From: a virus
Length of the DNA stretch: 64,000 nucleotides
IMG/VR virus record: IMGVR_UViG_3300042453_005121
Coordinates: 1 to 64,000 of that record
Strand: one strand, 5' to 3'
Part shown: positions 20,901 through 29,547 of the stretch, in pieces
Layout of the letters: the number at the start of each line of letters is the position of its first letter
Position numbering within the stretch: the first letter of the stretch is position 1
Notes under the pieces: generated by a model
Database searches by the model: none
The model's input: the letters and a program-made list of their open reading frames with translations, nothing else
Told to the model about the DNA's origin: nothing
Made by a program: the position numbers and the translations under genes

Positions 20901-22132
20901 ATAGCACCACTATAATCATACCACTGATGGTCTCCTTCGCAAGTAAATACCACCGCCGTCTCTGAACTGAAGATGGTATTTCCAATAATAGTTCCTCTCC
21001 ATGGAATAAATTTAGACAAATTATCATTTAAAACATAGGATGATTTAGTAAATATGGCATCTCCGCTCACTGTGCCGTCACTATGATTATAAGAAGAGTC
21101 ATTAAACGTAGCGTCTCCGGTGACGGTGCCGTAGTTGATCGAACTATCATTAAAAGTAGCGTCTCCGGTGACGGTGCCGGAGTTGGATGAAGTGTCGTTA
21201 AAAGTAGCGTCTCCACTGACGGTGCCCTGGTTGTATGAACTGCTATTAAAAGTCCAGTTTTGCCCAGCAGTAGTAAAAGTCCAAGATGAAGAATTTAAAT
21301 CCCAAATGTCCCCGATAGTAAAACTTACGGGGGTTAATGAAGAAAAAGTTATATTGCCGTTGACTGTGCCGATTACAGGTGCCATAGGAAATGATGAGGC
21401 TGAAAAAGTAACGTCGCCATTTACAGTGCCGTTGTTGTACGAACTGTCGTTGAACGTACCGTTGCCGGTTACAGTGACGTTGTTGTACGAACTGTCGTTG
21501 AACGTACCGTTGCCGGTTACAGTGCCGTTGTTGTACGAACTGTCGTTGAACGTACCGTTGCCGGTTACAGTGCCGTTGTTGTACGAACTGTCGTTGAACG
21601 TACCGTTGCCGGTTACAGTGACGTTGTTGTACGAACTGTCGTTGAACGTAGCGTCTACGGTTACGGTGCCCTCGTTGGCCGAACTGTCGTTGAACGTAGC
21701 GTCTCCGGTGACGGTGCCGTAGTTGGTCGAACTATCATTAAAAGTAGCGTCTCCATTTATAGCGCTGCCGTTGTACCCACCATTAAAAGTAGCGTTTCCA
21801 TTGATGATGCCTGCGCCGAAACCCTCGCTAATGGAATTGTTCGAATTATTATTAAAAGTAGCGTTGCCATTGATGGTGCCATGGTTGGCAGAACCATCAT
21901 TAAAAGTCGCCACCCCAGTAACGGTAATTTCTATAGTAATATATCCTGTTAATGTAAAATTTACTATATTAGGCTCACTACCACTATTACTAGTTATGTT
22001 AGATGATGCTATTACGCTATCACTACTAGATGGCAAACTTGTGGCTGATGTTTCAAAAGTAGCATCAGTCCACCAGTTGCCCAGTGTGGCCCAATTTGCA
22101 TCTACCGCACCGTTGAAATATAAAGTTGCCAT
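17954..22132 (-). CDS. Large beta-helix repeat protein (putative adhesin/tail fibre)
   Basis: 1392 aa with dozens of 16-17 aa repeats of the type TFNDSSYNxGTITGDA; AT-rich relative to the flanks. Confidence 0.75.
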   Translation of the reverse strand: MATLYFNGAVDANWATLGNWWTDATFETSATSLPSSSDSVIASSNITSNSGSEPNIVNFTLTGYITIEITVTGVATFNDGSANHGTINGNATFNNNSNNSISEGFGAGIINGNATFNGGYNGSAINGDATFNDSSTNYGTVTGDATFNDSSANEGTVTVDATFNDSSYNNVTVTGNGTFNDSSYNNGTVTGNGTFNDSSYNNGTVTGNGTFNDSSYNNVTVTGNGTFNDSSYNNGTVNGDVTFSASSFPMAPVIGTVNGNITFSSLTPVSFTIGDIWDLNSSSWTFTTAGQNWTFNSSSYNQGTVSGDATFNDTSSNSGTVTGDATFNDSSINYGTVTGDATFNDSSYNHSDGTVSGDAIFTKSSYVLNDNLSKFIPWRGTIIGNTIFSSETAVVFTCEGDHQWYDYSGAIDYSKWVFETAGPSWIFNDSSFIGSGGVCAGNVTFNDDSLINGSATIDGDAIFTKSSYTINNSGSANQWEKWNGATISGDIIFSSNSSVAFTITGDSWTSDTTNWVFETENPTWTFIDASYNAGTIVGNVTFNDSSNSYGIVTDATFNDNSFNDAFGAVTNGTFNDNSFNYGTVTDAIFNDSSYNDNSGGTTITGDAIFNDSSYSNGGSVSGTTTFNDSSYLTGSFTFTGNPTFNESSYNDGGSITGDATFNDTSYCDGGSVSGSTIFNGIDPSLTGGNTAYLTGSFTGNPVFNMFSVNNGGNITGDAIFNSGSKCDGGSVSGTATFNDSSYIIGSFTGNPVFNNSSYNFNGSITGDATFNDTSSSNCGSISGSAIFNDSSKLQTSIGGGAIFTGNPTFNDSSYNDSGTITGDATFNDTSYNDGVITGDVTFNDTSYNLYAGGTNAGITGNVVFNDSSYNGYQLSTQIVGDCTFNDNSYNNTGIITGNCTFNDSSANYDIIYGTIIFNDDSTNNHSYPSETVFADCTFNDNSINNGRIEGECIFSNASVNSGAVVGNVVFNDNTYNEDEITGDATFNDSSYSDGGSVSGTPTFNDTSYLTGSFTGNPTFNDTSYNDGGTITGDATFNQTSYSDGGSVSGTATFNDTSYLTGSFTGNPTFNDTAYNDGGTITGDATFNETSYCDGGSVSGTATFNDTSYLTGSFTGNPTFNDTSYNSGGTITGDATFNETSYSDGGSVSGTATFNDTSYLTGSFTGNPTFNGTSYNDGGTITGDATFNQTSYSDGGSVSGTPTFNDTSYVFDSFTGNPVFNDTSFIANGGFFILGYVTGNPIFNDSSYNDGLIVGDPIFNDSSASREFYGNTNITGNPIFNDTSYNGSTIQGNVIFNDSSYTSTNTILGNVIFNNSSYNNSPITGNVIFNNSSYNDNVVTGDVVFRGNSYITATAQITGSATFRDNSYNLANCGSVIAEHGGGINGSNILGVV
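18505..19170. repeat. 150-bp higher-order tandem repeat (~4.5 copies) within the beta-helix gene
   Basis: aagaagtgtcgttgaaggtg-like word recurs at 18511, 18661, 18811, 18961 and 19111. Confidence 0.85.
21421..21655. repeat. 48-bp near-perfect tandem repeat (~5 copies)
   Basis: Unit ttacagtg(c/a)cgttgttgtacgaactgtcgttgaacgtaccgttgccgg. Confidence 0.9.
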
Positions 22133-22185
22133 CTATTGTATTCCTATAATAAGTAAATTAATATCTTGGTACAAAGGCGATAATG

Positions 22186-22317
22186 TTGGACGAATTTGGA
22201 CAATTAATATTTTTTCTTTTTACGTTGTTCATAATTGTAATATCAGGCTCATTTAGTATTATTGAAATAAAAGTTTTTTTACTCTAGTTCCGCGTTGTTG
22301 TAATAATAGGTGGCCAT
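22186..22317 (-). pseudogene. Chimeric relic: short MATYYYNNA start followed by a decayed copy of the neighbouring 104-aa gene
   Basis: 22188-22291 aligns with 22504-22601 (shared ggacgaatttggacaa...). SD and ATG at 22317 give MATYYYNNAELE*. Confidence 0.6.
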
Positions 22318-22340
22318 TTTTCAATCCTTAAAAATTTGAT

Positions 22341-22655
22341 CTATTTGTTTGTAACTTTGCTTGGTGGTGCGAACAATCCTTCTAAAACTTTAGCGGGATC
22401 ATTGCCTAAAATTTCTAGAACGCGAGCTTCAACTTGAGCCTGAGTATAGTCCCCCGCAGCATCATAGGCTTCTTTTTCCCACAATGTTAATGGACGAGGA
22501 ACTGGACGAATTTGGACAAGTACTATTTTTCTTTTTGCATTGTCCATAATTGTGACATCAAGTTCAGTTAATGTAATAGGGCTAAATGTTTTTACTGTTC
22601 CGTCTTTCTTTGTGATTGATGGAGGGGTAATTGTTATTGGACTAGAAAGATTCAT
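22341..22655 (-). CDS. Hypothetical protein (possible fibre-associated chaperone)
   Basis: AGGAG SD; 104 aa; upstream of the beta-helix gene. Confidence 0.65.
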   Translation of the reverse strand: MNLSSPITITPPSITKKDGTVKTFSPITLTELDVTIMDNAKRKIVLVQIRPVPRPLTLWEKEAYDAAGDYTQAQVEARVLEILGNDPAKVLEGLFAPPSKVTNK

Positions 22656-22682
22656 AATTTCTCCTTTTTTATTTTTTAAGTA

Positions 22683-23135
22683 CTAGTAACCAGGCACGAA
22701 TGCAATGATGTCCCACTTGTCTCTATCATAGTGATAGGTAGCAGCCAGTATGTCCATTTTGTTGGCCGTTGTGCTCCAAGGAAGTGGACTTGTTGCGCTA
22801 GAAGGCAAGTTGAACTTATTTCCCAGCGATACAGCCCTGCCTCCGGAGGAGTCCTGTTTGATCCTCCATCGGAGAGTCTTGCCGTCCACCGGATTAGTCG
22901 GATTGGCCAAAGTTGCGTTGCCGGCCAAGGTGATGTCAAAAATTTCTCCAGACAATGAATTGGTCTCTATGGTTGAGGCATATGTTGCCGATATAACGGT
23001 GGGCGACTTTGCGAGGTCCGCTATGCTCCCACATGTTAGTTTTTCGGTCGCGTTACCGGCGGCGTTTGTGGCCGGAACCACGGCTTCTCTTGAGGCCGTC
23101 CCTGCGGCGAGCTCAGATATTTTTACATTTGGCAT
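22683..23135 (-). CDS. Putative structural/tail-fibre-related protein
   Basis: MPNVKISELA N-terminus and TLANPTNP.DG...QD..GGR motif typical of phage fibre domains; SD AAGGAG. Confidence 0.55.
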   Translation of the reverse strand: MPNVKISELAAGTASREAVVPATNAAGNATEKLTCGSIADLAKSPTVISATYASTIETNSLSGEIFDITLAGNATLANPTNPVDGKTLRWRIKQDSSGGRAVSLGNKFNLPSSATSPLPWSTTANKMDILAATYHYDRDKWDIIAFVPGY

Positions 23136-23325
23136 TTTGCACTCCTTTTACGAACTCATGTATATTTAGTTGTCTCTAGTTCAGATTCACTACAATTGTG
23201 TCAAAATTGGATCGACGCAAGAGTCTAAGGCAAATTAGGATAGGGCATTAAGGCAGATTGATTTGGCGGCTAAAATTCACACCAATTGTTACTAGATATT
23301 GTGATTCAAAACAAGGAGAATTTAA

Positions 23326-23682
23326 GTGAAGACTTTTTATGAGATGCTTTCGCTGATGGAAGAAGACCAAGGTGAAGATGTGGCCGCGACGCCTGAAGCC
23401 GGCGGCGAGGGTCTGGGCGACCAGTCGGGCCAAGGGACTGAGACTCAGCCAGAAAGTGACCCCCAGCAAGGCGAGCAGAAGGCGTCGCACTACATGTTCT
23501 TCTCAAACCTCAAGATGATCAAGGAGAAGGCTGAGGCGATGCTCGCCATGGACCAGTCCAAGGTTGACGAGATGCTCGGGGACGGACACGACTGGGCTTC
23601 GGATCACATATCAACGAGCAGGGACGACGTAGAGGAAGTTTATAACTGGCTTTCTGGCGAGCTGGGCGGGCAAGGGTCCTAG
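23326..23682 (+). CDS. Hypothetical with CTS-like N-terminus
   Basis: GTG start with AAGGAG SD; MKTFYEMLSLMEE. Confidence 0.7.
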   Translation: MKTFYEMLSLMEEDQGEDVAATPEAGGEGLGDQSGQGTETQPESDPQQGEQKASHYMFFSNLKMIKEKAEAMLAMDQSKVDEMLGDGHDWASDHISTSRDDVEEVYNWLSGELGGQGS

Positions 23683-23757
23683 TGTATTTTTTGATATCGG
23701 GATTAATTTTGATTGAATTATCGGTTATGATTCTGGCTTTTCTTTGGCCTCGGTATG

Positions 23758-24435
23758 TCAGGGGAAGTCAACCAGACTGATCGTGCCTTCGCTGATGGCT
23801 AGGTAGTGACACGGTGACTCGGTCCAACATCCGCTGTTATGGTATTCTATCCCGTCTGTGCTTTGAATCGCCACATGGGTGTGTCCGCAGATAACGACAT
23901 CGGCTCCTTTCTTTTTGGCGTATAACTTCGCTCTTTCCTTTATTTGTTCGGAGCATCTAAGGAATGTCTTGCTGCTTCTTTTGGCTAATCTTGCGAGGTA
24001 GAAGCTCTTGTCTATTTTTTGTATGGTCCTGTACGCGTTGTCTGCAAGTTTGGTCAAAATGGGATATTTGGCTATGAAATTGTCAAATATGTCACCGTGG
24101 AGGACGAGTATGTTTTTGGTGCCGCTCTTGAGTCTGTATTCCTCCACGAAGTCTAAGCCGATGAGGTGGGATATGATCTCTGCGGGGCCGTCGTGGTTTC
24201 CATTGATCCAAACTATGTGTTTGTTCTTGGCCATGCTTCTCAGTTGAGAAAGTATCTTCCAGTGCGATCCTCTGAGTTTTCTGAAGTCCCAACTGTCAAA
24301 CAGGTCGCCGTTGATTATTATCTCGTTGGTCTGTATTTGACCTTGTTCAACTAGAGCAAGGAACTCCCTGACTTTTTTCGCTTGGCACACGTCGCTGCCA
24401 AGGTGTATGTCGCTGATTATTACCGTTTCGGTCAT
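23758..24435 (-). CDS. Metallophosphoesterase (LpxH/UDP-2,3-diacylglucosamine hydrolase-like)
   Basis: Motifs SDIHLG, GDLFD, GNHD, HGD, GHTH and NSGCW. Confidence 0.9.
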   Translation of the reverse strand: MTETVIISDIHLGSDVCQAKKVREFLALVEQGQIQTNEIIINGDLFDSWDFRKLRGSHWKILSQLRSMAKNKHIVWINGNHDGPAEIISHLIGLDFVEEYRLKSGTKNILVLHGDIFDNFIAKYPILTKLADNAYRTIQKIDKSFYLARLAKRSSKTFLRCSEQIKERAKLYAKKKGADVVICGHTHVAIQSTDGIEYHNSGCWTESPCHYLAISEGTISLVDFP

Positions 24436-24683
24436 CCCCTTAGATATGACATCAGAGAAAAGATCAGACAAGCCATGAAGTGTAGGAACATGTAGGCAAG
24501 CATTAATTTGGCTGCGGTCGCCATGGGCTCAACATATGACAATTCGGATATGATTTTTTCCATCTTTTTCTTGTCAATGTTTTCCATGCACATTATGTAA
24601 TTGAACTGTGTTTCGTTGCATTCGCCACGAATATATTTTCTCGCAAGTTCCACTTCTTTTTCCGTATACATAGCGTTTGTCAT
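24432..24683 (-). CDS. Small membrane protein
   Basis: C-terminal hydrophobic helix; ATGA overlap with the next gene. Confidence 0.5.
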   Translation of the reverse strand: MTNAMYTEKEVELARKYIRGECNETQFNYIMCMENIDKKKMEKIISELSYVEPMATAAKLMLAYMFLHFMACLIFSLMSYLRG

Positions 24684-24729
24684 TTTGTTTTGATATATAT
24701 TATTAGAGTCCCATTCAAAGGAGAAAAAA

Positions 24730-25044
24730 ATGGCTACATTTACAGTTGATCTGACCCCCACCGTGGTCATGCAGACTTCCGAAGGCTTTTTGGACACTTC
24801 GGTTGTTGGAGGCCTCTCAAAGCAGAGGACGATGGAAGTTCTTCTCGTGGTCAACGGCAGCAACCGCAAGCAACTCTATGGTCTTGCCGACGGCGAGACC
24901 TATGACGACACCACTTTTGATACCGTCGTCCCGAACGTCGTGGCCGGCAATCCGAACTTCCCTGCCGGAACCCCATCAATCTCGTCCGTAAATGTCACGG
25001 TTGGTCATCCGACCGCCTCGAGCGACACCGGAAGCACGATTTGA
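24730..25044 (+). CDS. Stand-alone copy of the shared EGxLDT module (putative virion decoration protein)
   Basis: AAGGAG SD; EGFLDTS...SKQRT...DGETYDD...GHPT...GSTI. Confidence 0.75.
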   Translation: MATFTVDLTPTVVMQTSEGFLDTSVVGGLSKQRTMEVLLVVNGSNRKQLYGLADGETYDDTTFDTVVPNVVAGNPNFPAGTPSISSVNVTVGHPTASSDTGSTI

Positions 25045-25165
25045 TTTTCGTAATAAGGTCGGCCGTCTTGAGATCAAGGTGTCGGCGGCTCGTGACGGAT
25101 CGGACGACGACCTGACGGTCAACACCAACAGTGCGTACCTCAGGATCACCGAGATCGCCCGCTGA
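24992..25165 (+). CDS. 57-aa overlapping +1-frame ORF, or frameshift extension of the 24730 gene
   Basis: ...VGRLEIKVSAARDGSDDDLTVNTNSAYLRITEIAR* resembles the C-terminus of the 13662 protein; lies before the terminator. Confidence 0.5.
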   Translation: MSRLVIRPPRATPEARFDFRNKVGRLEIKVSAARDGSDDDLTVNTNSAYLRITEIAR

Positions 25166-25182
25166 TTGTAATTTATTAGAAT

Positions 25183-25218
25183 GGGGGGGCGGGGCATTGC
25201 CCCGTCCCCTTTTCTTTT
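25183..25218 (+). terminator. Rho-independent terminator
   Basis: ggggcggggca-t-tgccccgtcccc followed by ttttctttt. Confidence 0.75.
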
Positions 25219-25238
25219 GATGGTGCATTGAATCCAAC

Positions 25239-28200
25239 CTACAGAGACGGACATTCAGAAGGATCGCCCGCCTGGCATTCTTCTTCCGTGGCGTACTGGC
25301 CTGTGTTATCGCACAATCCATAACAAATTCTGTATCCTATTCCCGCTTCGCATTCCCATGACTTGTGTGAGCAAGACGCCTGGCAGTCATTGTAGGAACT
25401 TCCGTTGATGCTCCATCCTGACCATTCGCAACTGCAGTTGTTGCACTGCCAATTCTCCGTGCAATTTGGGTCGCACTCGCCATCATAAGGGTAATCCTGG
25501 TTATACGATTGAATGCAACCATCTTGCATGCAGCCGGTGTTCTTCAAACCACAAGATTCTTTGCAGTCCTGTTCCGTTTCGTATTCTCCCGGATTGAGCG
25601 GAGTGCCGGGCATTCCGTATATTGGTGTGCATCCCGCCCCCTCATCGCATTTCCACGCGTAATTCACGCAATACATTTTGCATTCTTCTTGCGTGTATCC
25701 TTCTTCGTAAGAACCATTCCATCCGCAACCACCGTCGCTGTAGCAGTTGTACCTTGGCTGACATCCTTCCTTGCATTCATTGGCGGTACTGTACTGAGCG
25801 GCATCAACACCAGGTTCTCCAAAAACGGGCCTGCACGGTTCCGTGCCGAAAAGAGGAACTGTTTTTGGAATAGACGAAGGATTGCAATAATATCCCACTA
25901 TGTCGCACTCATCACAGGTGTCAACGACTTTGAAGCTAGGGTGGGTGTATGTCCATTTACTTGGCGAGCCGTAACCCAATAGACTACACCCAGTTGATGT
26001 AGTCCAAAAATTTGGTGGAGAAGGATCGTTACGACATTCAAACCTTTGTATGCAGTCACTCTCGCAAACCGATATGTCATAATAGAACCCATTCGGAAGT
26101 TTGTACCCTGGTTGATTTATAATTTCCAATTCTTCTGGACTGGGAGTGTAGAGGACACATCCGCTGGATTCGTCGCATTTATAAATACAATCTGGTGGTG
26201 TCTCTACAGCGCAGGTTATTTCACCGCAACTTTTGCCTTCCTGGAAGTTCTGGACCTTTTTTGCCCCATCGCCCAGCAACCAATAATCAAAAGTGCCAGA
26301 ATCACAATCGTCCACGTAGAACTTGCCATCACAACCGAACTCGCCGGTGCACCAAGCTCCGCACTTAGGTAGCGTCTCTATGGTGCAGGTTATTTCGTCA
26401 CAAATCTTTCCATTTTGGAAACTCTGAACTTTGTTTGCTGTGTCTCCGATGGTCCACTTTTCAAGAGTGCCAGAATCGCACCCGTTGATGTAGAACTTGC
26501 CATCACAACCGAACTCGCCGGTGCACCACGAACCACAGCAGTCATTTGGCGCTGGGTGTGTCTTTGTATTGAATCCACTCACTGCGATAGGACCATCAGA
26601 GAACAGTATTTTCGTGCAGTCACCATCCACAGAACATGGATCGCCCTTGATCCTGTAGTAGGATGAGTCGCATGAATCAGGATCTTGGACCCATTGATCA
26701 AGGGTCATTTTATTTATTTCATCTTCAAATTCACAGAAGCGATAAGATTCGTCTCCTATCTTTTTCCATTCCCGCTTTGCGCAGTCGTATTCAATCAGCC
26801 AATCATGAACGCAGAACCTGTCCGAATTCGGACACGAACCAGACGAGCATTTTTCGTCCGGCCTGAACGATCCCACGTTGGTTTGAGTGTTGTAAGAATC
26901 TATTGATCCATCAAAACACTTGCCCGTTCTTTTTCCAGAAGAATCCAGTTCGCACCAACTGCCGCAGCAATTGCTGGGGGTTCCGGAGGGTTTGGACTTG
27001 GGTCCTGGGGTGGTTGCACATTCGTAAGATTTACTACAAGTGCTATCTGTTACTATCGTGAATGTTCTCTCGCAATTGAAGAAGGGTTTCTCAATCCATT
27101 CACCTTGCGATTTCGGCAAGTCTTTCTGTGATACGCACGATTGGGTCGGAAAAGACGAATTCTCCCAATCTTGAAGTTCACAGTTATAAGTTGAAGTCCA
27201 TTCCTCAACACACAATTTGCATTCCAAATTTTCAAATGGGGTTATTGATGGTGACTTTCCGCATCCAAATCCCATGTTGTCTTTGACCCACTGCTCCATC
27301 CCGTTAGAATCGCATATCTGCTTCATTTGATCATCAGTCTGGCTGGATCTCCCGGTCTTTAGGCATTCACATATACCATAGGAAAGAAGTGTTACCGCTA
27401 CCGGGTCGTCGTCCCAATTGGGACATCCGAAGTCCCCGTCGGAGTTCTCTTTGCCTGGCTCGTAAATTGTGGGTGGCTTGTTGAATTGATTGAGACACCC
27501 GGCGTTGTCGGGCAAGTCCAACCATTCCTGCGCATTTTCATAAACCTCTCCACTCTGGGGCTCCCATATGAAGGAACCTACGCAACAAGGATCAGGATCT
27601 CCTCCAAGATCAACATAAACCATGTAGTGGGTGCATATGCCAATGACCTTTGCTGTAGCCTTGGGGCAAGTTGCCTTCAATTGATTCTCTATGATTTCCC
27701 TTCCTATTACGGCAAAAGACCTGCAATCAAAACTTGTGTCTGGTTCCTTGTATGTTCTAGGTGGTCCGAATGGGTTTACATTGCTACTGGGAGTTCCGTA
27801 CCCGGCAAAATTGTACAGTCTGTTCGGAGGGGTTGTCATACAATCAAACACCCCGCTGGAAACGCCGAGAACGTTTTGTCCGCGAACAATCGAGGTGTTG
27901 CCGGGAACGAACGAAATATTCAAAGCCGACACTGATCCTTGGTTCTGCGAGCCGACTTCGGACAAAAGTTTCCAGTAGGAGTGAGCAAAAGGATAAAAAA
28001 TCTTGAATGAATTGGGGAATGGCGGTTCAAGAGGGACCAGTGACGAAAGCGTGCCCGCATCCCACGCAGACCAGAAATCAGATATCCACCCTTGTAAGTA
28101 GTTGATGTATTCCTCACTGAGACGTCCGCCGCCGCCGTCCGTCCTGATGGAGAGGATCAAATCCGATGAGTATAGAGTGTTACTTGTGAATTCAAATTTT

Positions 28201-28841
28201 GTTCTTGAAGAAAAAAACTTTTCACTCTCTATGTTTAACCTGAAACTGGCTTTATTCGTTCCGTCCAGCAAATAACCTTCCCCGAGCCTAGCCTCTATCC
28301 TGTTGTTCGCAACCCGCTCCAGAATTATCAAGCCAGGGGCGGATTCACCGTCCAATTCCTCGCCGTATACATACAAATCAAGATTTTCGGGCAGAACCCC
28401 ATCGGGATAAGAACGAATCTCAAGATTTATCTGAAGGACGAATTCTTCAACGTCCGAAGCGAAGACGGGCGCCAAAAGACTAAGCGAGGAACTACTGCTG
28501 GGTTGCGTCAGGTCAAGGTCAATAGAATCATAAAAAACACCTTCGTTGTAGTATTGATTTATCAAGCCAATGTCCTGAGAGTTTGACCTGAAAAACTCAA
28601 GGTTCTCCATAATGATATCTTGACTGGAGCTGCTTGATTCTTGCATGTCTTCCGGACGATAAAAGCCCGCATTGCAAACGGTGGAAACAGGCAACCATGC
28701 TCCAGAAGTTCCGAAGCAATTCGGGTCGTTGGGACTGCATCCTGCATAGACGAACTTCCACCCTCCGCACCTTGATAGATTACAAGACTTATAGTCAGGT
28801 CCGGAAAGATCTACTGTTTTTCCATTTGAATTACATCTCAT
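25239..28841 (-). CDS. 1200-aa cysteine-rich repeat protein with a putative transglutaminase/papain-like domain
   Basis: Very high Cys content; YxTxxECxxxC repeats; duplicated CGxWCTGEFGCDGKFY unit; central FDCRSFA...H...WEPQ. Confidence 0.7.
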   Translation of the reverse strand: MRCNSNGKTVDLSGPDYKSCNLSRCGGWKFVYAGCSPNDPNCFGTSGAWLPVSTVCNAGFYRPEDMQESSSSSQDIIMENLEFFRSNSQDIGLINQYYNEGVFYDSIDLDLTQPSSSSSLSLLAPVFASDVEEFVLQINLEIRSYPDGVLPENLDLYVYGEELDGESAPGLIILERVANNRIEARLGEGYLLDGTNKASFRLNIESEKFFSSRTKFEFTSNTLYSSDLILSIRTDGGGGRLSEEYINYLQGWISDFWSAWDAGTLSSLVPLEPPFPNSFKIFYPFAHSYWKLLSEVGSQNQGSVSALNISFVPGNTSIVRGQNVLGVSSGVFDCMTTPPNRLYNFAGYGTPSSNVNPFGPPRTYKEPDTSFDCRSFAVIGREIIENQLKATCPKATAKVIGICTHYMVYVDLGGDPDPCCVGSFIWEPQSGEVYENAQEWLDLPDNAGCLNQFNKPPTIYEPGKENSDGDFGCPNWDDDPVAVTLLSYGICECLKTGRSSQTDDQMKQICDSNGMEQWVKDNMGFGCGKSPSITPFENLECKLCVEEWTSTYNCELQDWENSSFPTQSCVSQKDLPKSQGEWIEKPFFNCERTFTIVTDSTCSKSYECATTPGPKSKPSGTPSNCCGSWCELDSSGKRTGKCFDGSIDSYNTQTNVGSFRPDEKCSSGSCPNSDRFCVHDWLIEYDCAKREWKKIGDESYRFCEFEDEINKMTLDQWVQDPDSCDSSYYRIKGDPCSVDGDCTKILFSDGPIAVSGFNTKTHPAPNDCCGSWCTGEFGCDGKFYINGCDSGTLEKWTIGDTANKVQSFQNGKICDEITCTIETLPKCGAWCTGEFGCDGKFYVDDCDSGTFDYWLLGDGAKKVQNFQEGKSCGEITCAVETPPDCIYKCDESSGCVLYTPSPEELEIINQPGYKLPNGFYYDISVCESDCIQRFECRNDPSPPNFWTTSTGCSLLGYGSPSKWTYTHPSFKVVDTCDECDIVGYYCNPSSIPKTVPLFGTEPCRPVFGEPGVDAAQYSTANECKEGCQPRYNCYSDGGCGWNGSYEEGYTQEECKMYCVNYAWKCDEGAGCTPIYGMPGTPLNPGEYETEQDCKESCGLKNTGCMQDGCIQSYNQDYPYDGECDPNCTENWQCNNCSCEWSGWSINGSSYNDCQASCSHKSWECEAGIGYRICYGLCDNTGQYATEEECQAGDPSECPSL

Positions 28842-28965
28842 TTTGTTTATTTATTACAATTTATTTTCAAGGCCAAAATAAAGGAATTATTTTTTTCCTA
28901 AGTGATGCGACATGTTTACGTTGCATTTCCCTTCCCCTTTTCTTTTTGAATACATAAATAGTTAC

Positions 28966-29547
28966 ATGGAAAGACCCGACACGCTGATCATGTTCTCCGG
29001 CGGGCTTGACTCCACTGGGGTTTTCTGGCGGCTTATAAACTCGCAGAAGAAACTCCACATACACCATCTATACCTAGTCAACAAAGAGAACAGGGCGAAG
29101 GCAGAGGATAGGGCCGTCGGCGAGATCGTTGCTTACATGAAGAACATAAGGGACTTCGGATACTCGGAAAGCTACCACGAGTATCCTTCTTACAACGGCA
29201 ATTTCATGTTTGACAGCGATATATTTTCTTTCATGGCTGGTTCTATCTGTCTCAGCATGAGGACCGTGCAAGAGGTCGCCATAGGAATGACAGCATCCGA
29301 CATGAGGTCAGGCTTGTCGGCGAGGGTGGAGAGGGCGAACAGAATATTCGAGTCGTTCGGTGCCAAGGCCAAGAAGGTCTACCCGCTCATGGACATGACG
29401 AAGAAGCAGATATATGAAATGCTCCCTGAGGAACTGCGCACCATGAGTTGGAGCTGCCGCACGCCTTTGTACGAAGGTGAGGACATCAAAATGTGCGGGA
29501 GGTGCAGGACGTGCAGGGAGATTAAGTCAATCAGCCTTCCCAAGTGA
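28966..29547 (+). CDS. QueC-like PP-loop ATPase
   Basis: FSGGLDS and WSC...CGRCRTC. Confidence 0.75.
   Translation: MERPDTLIMFSGGLDSTGVFWRLINSQKKLHIHHLYLVNKENRAKAEDRAVGEIVAYMKNIRDFGYSESYHEYPSYNGNFMFDSDIFSFMAGSICLSMRTVQEVAIGMTASDMRSGLSARVERANRIFESFGAKAKKVYPLMDMTKKQIYEMLPEELRTMSWSCRTPLYEGEDIKMCGRCRTCREIKSISLPK

Noticed and set aside
21421-21655. Regularly spaced repeats as a CRISPR array
   Set aside because: The units are contiguous, in-frame coding repeats without unique spacers, and no cas genes are present.
26311-26530. Duplicated segment as a DGR template/variable repeat pair
   Set aside because: Both copies are in-frame within one gene, the differences are not confined to adenines, and no reverse transcriptase is in the window.
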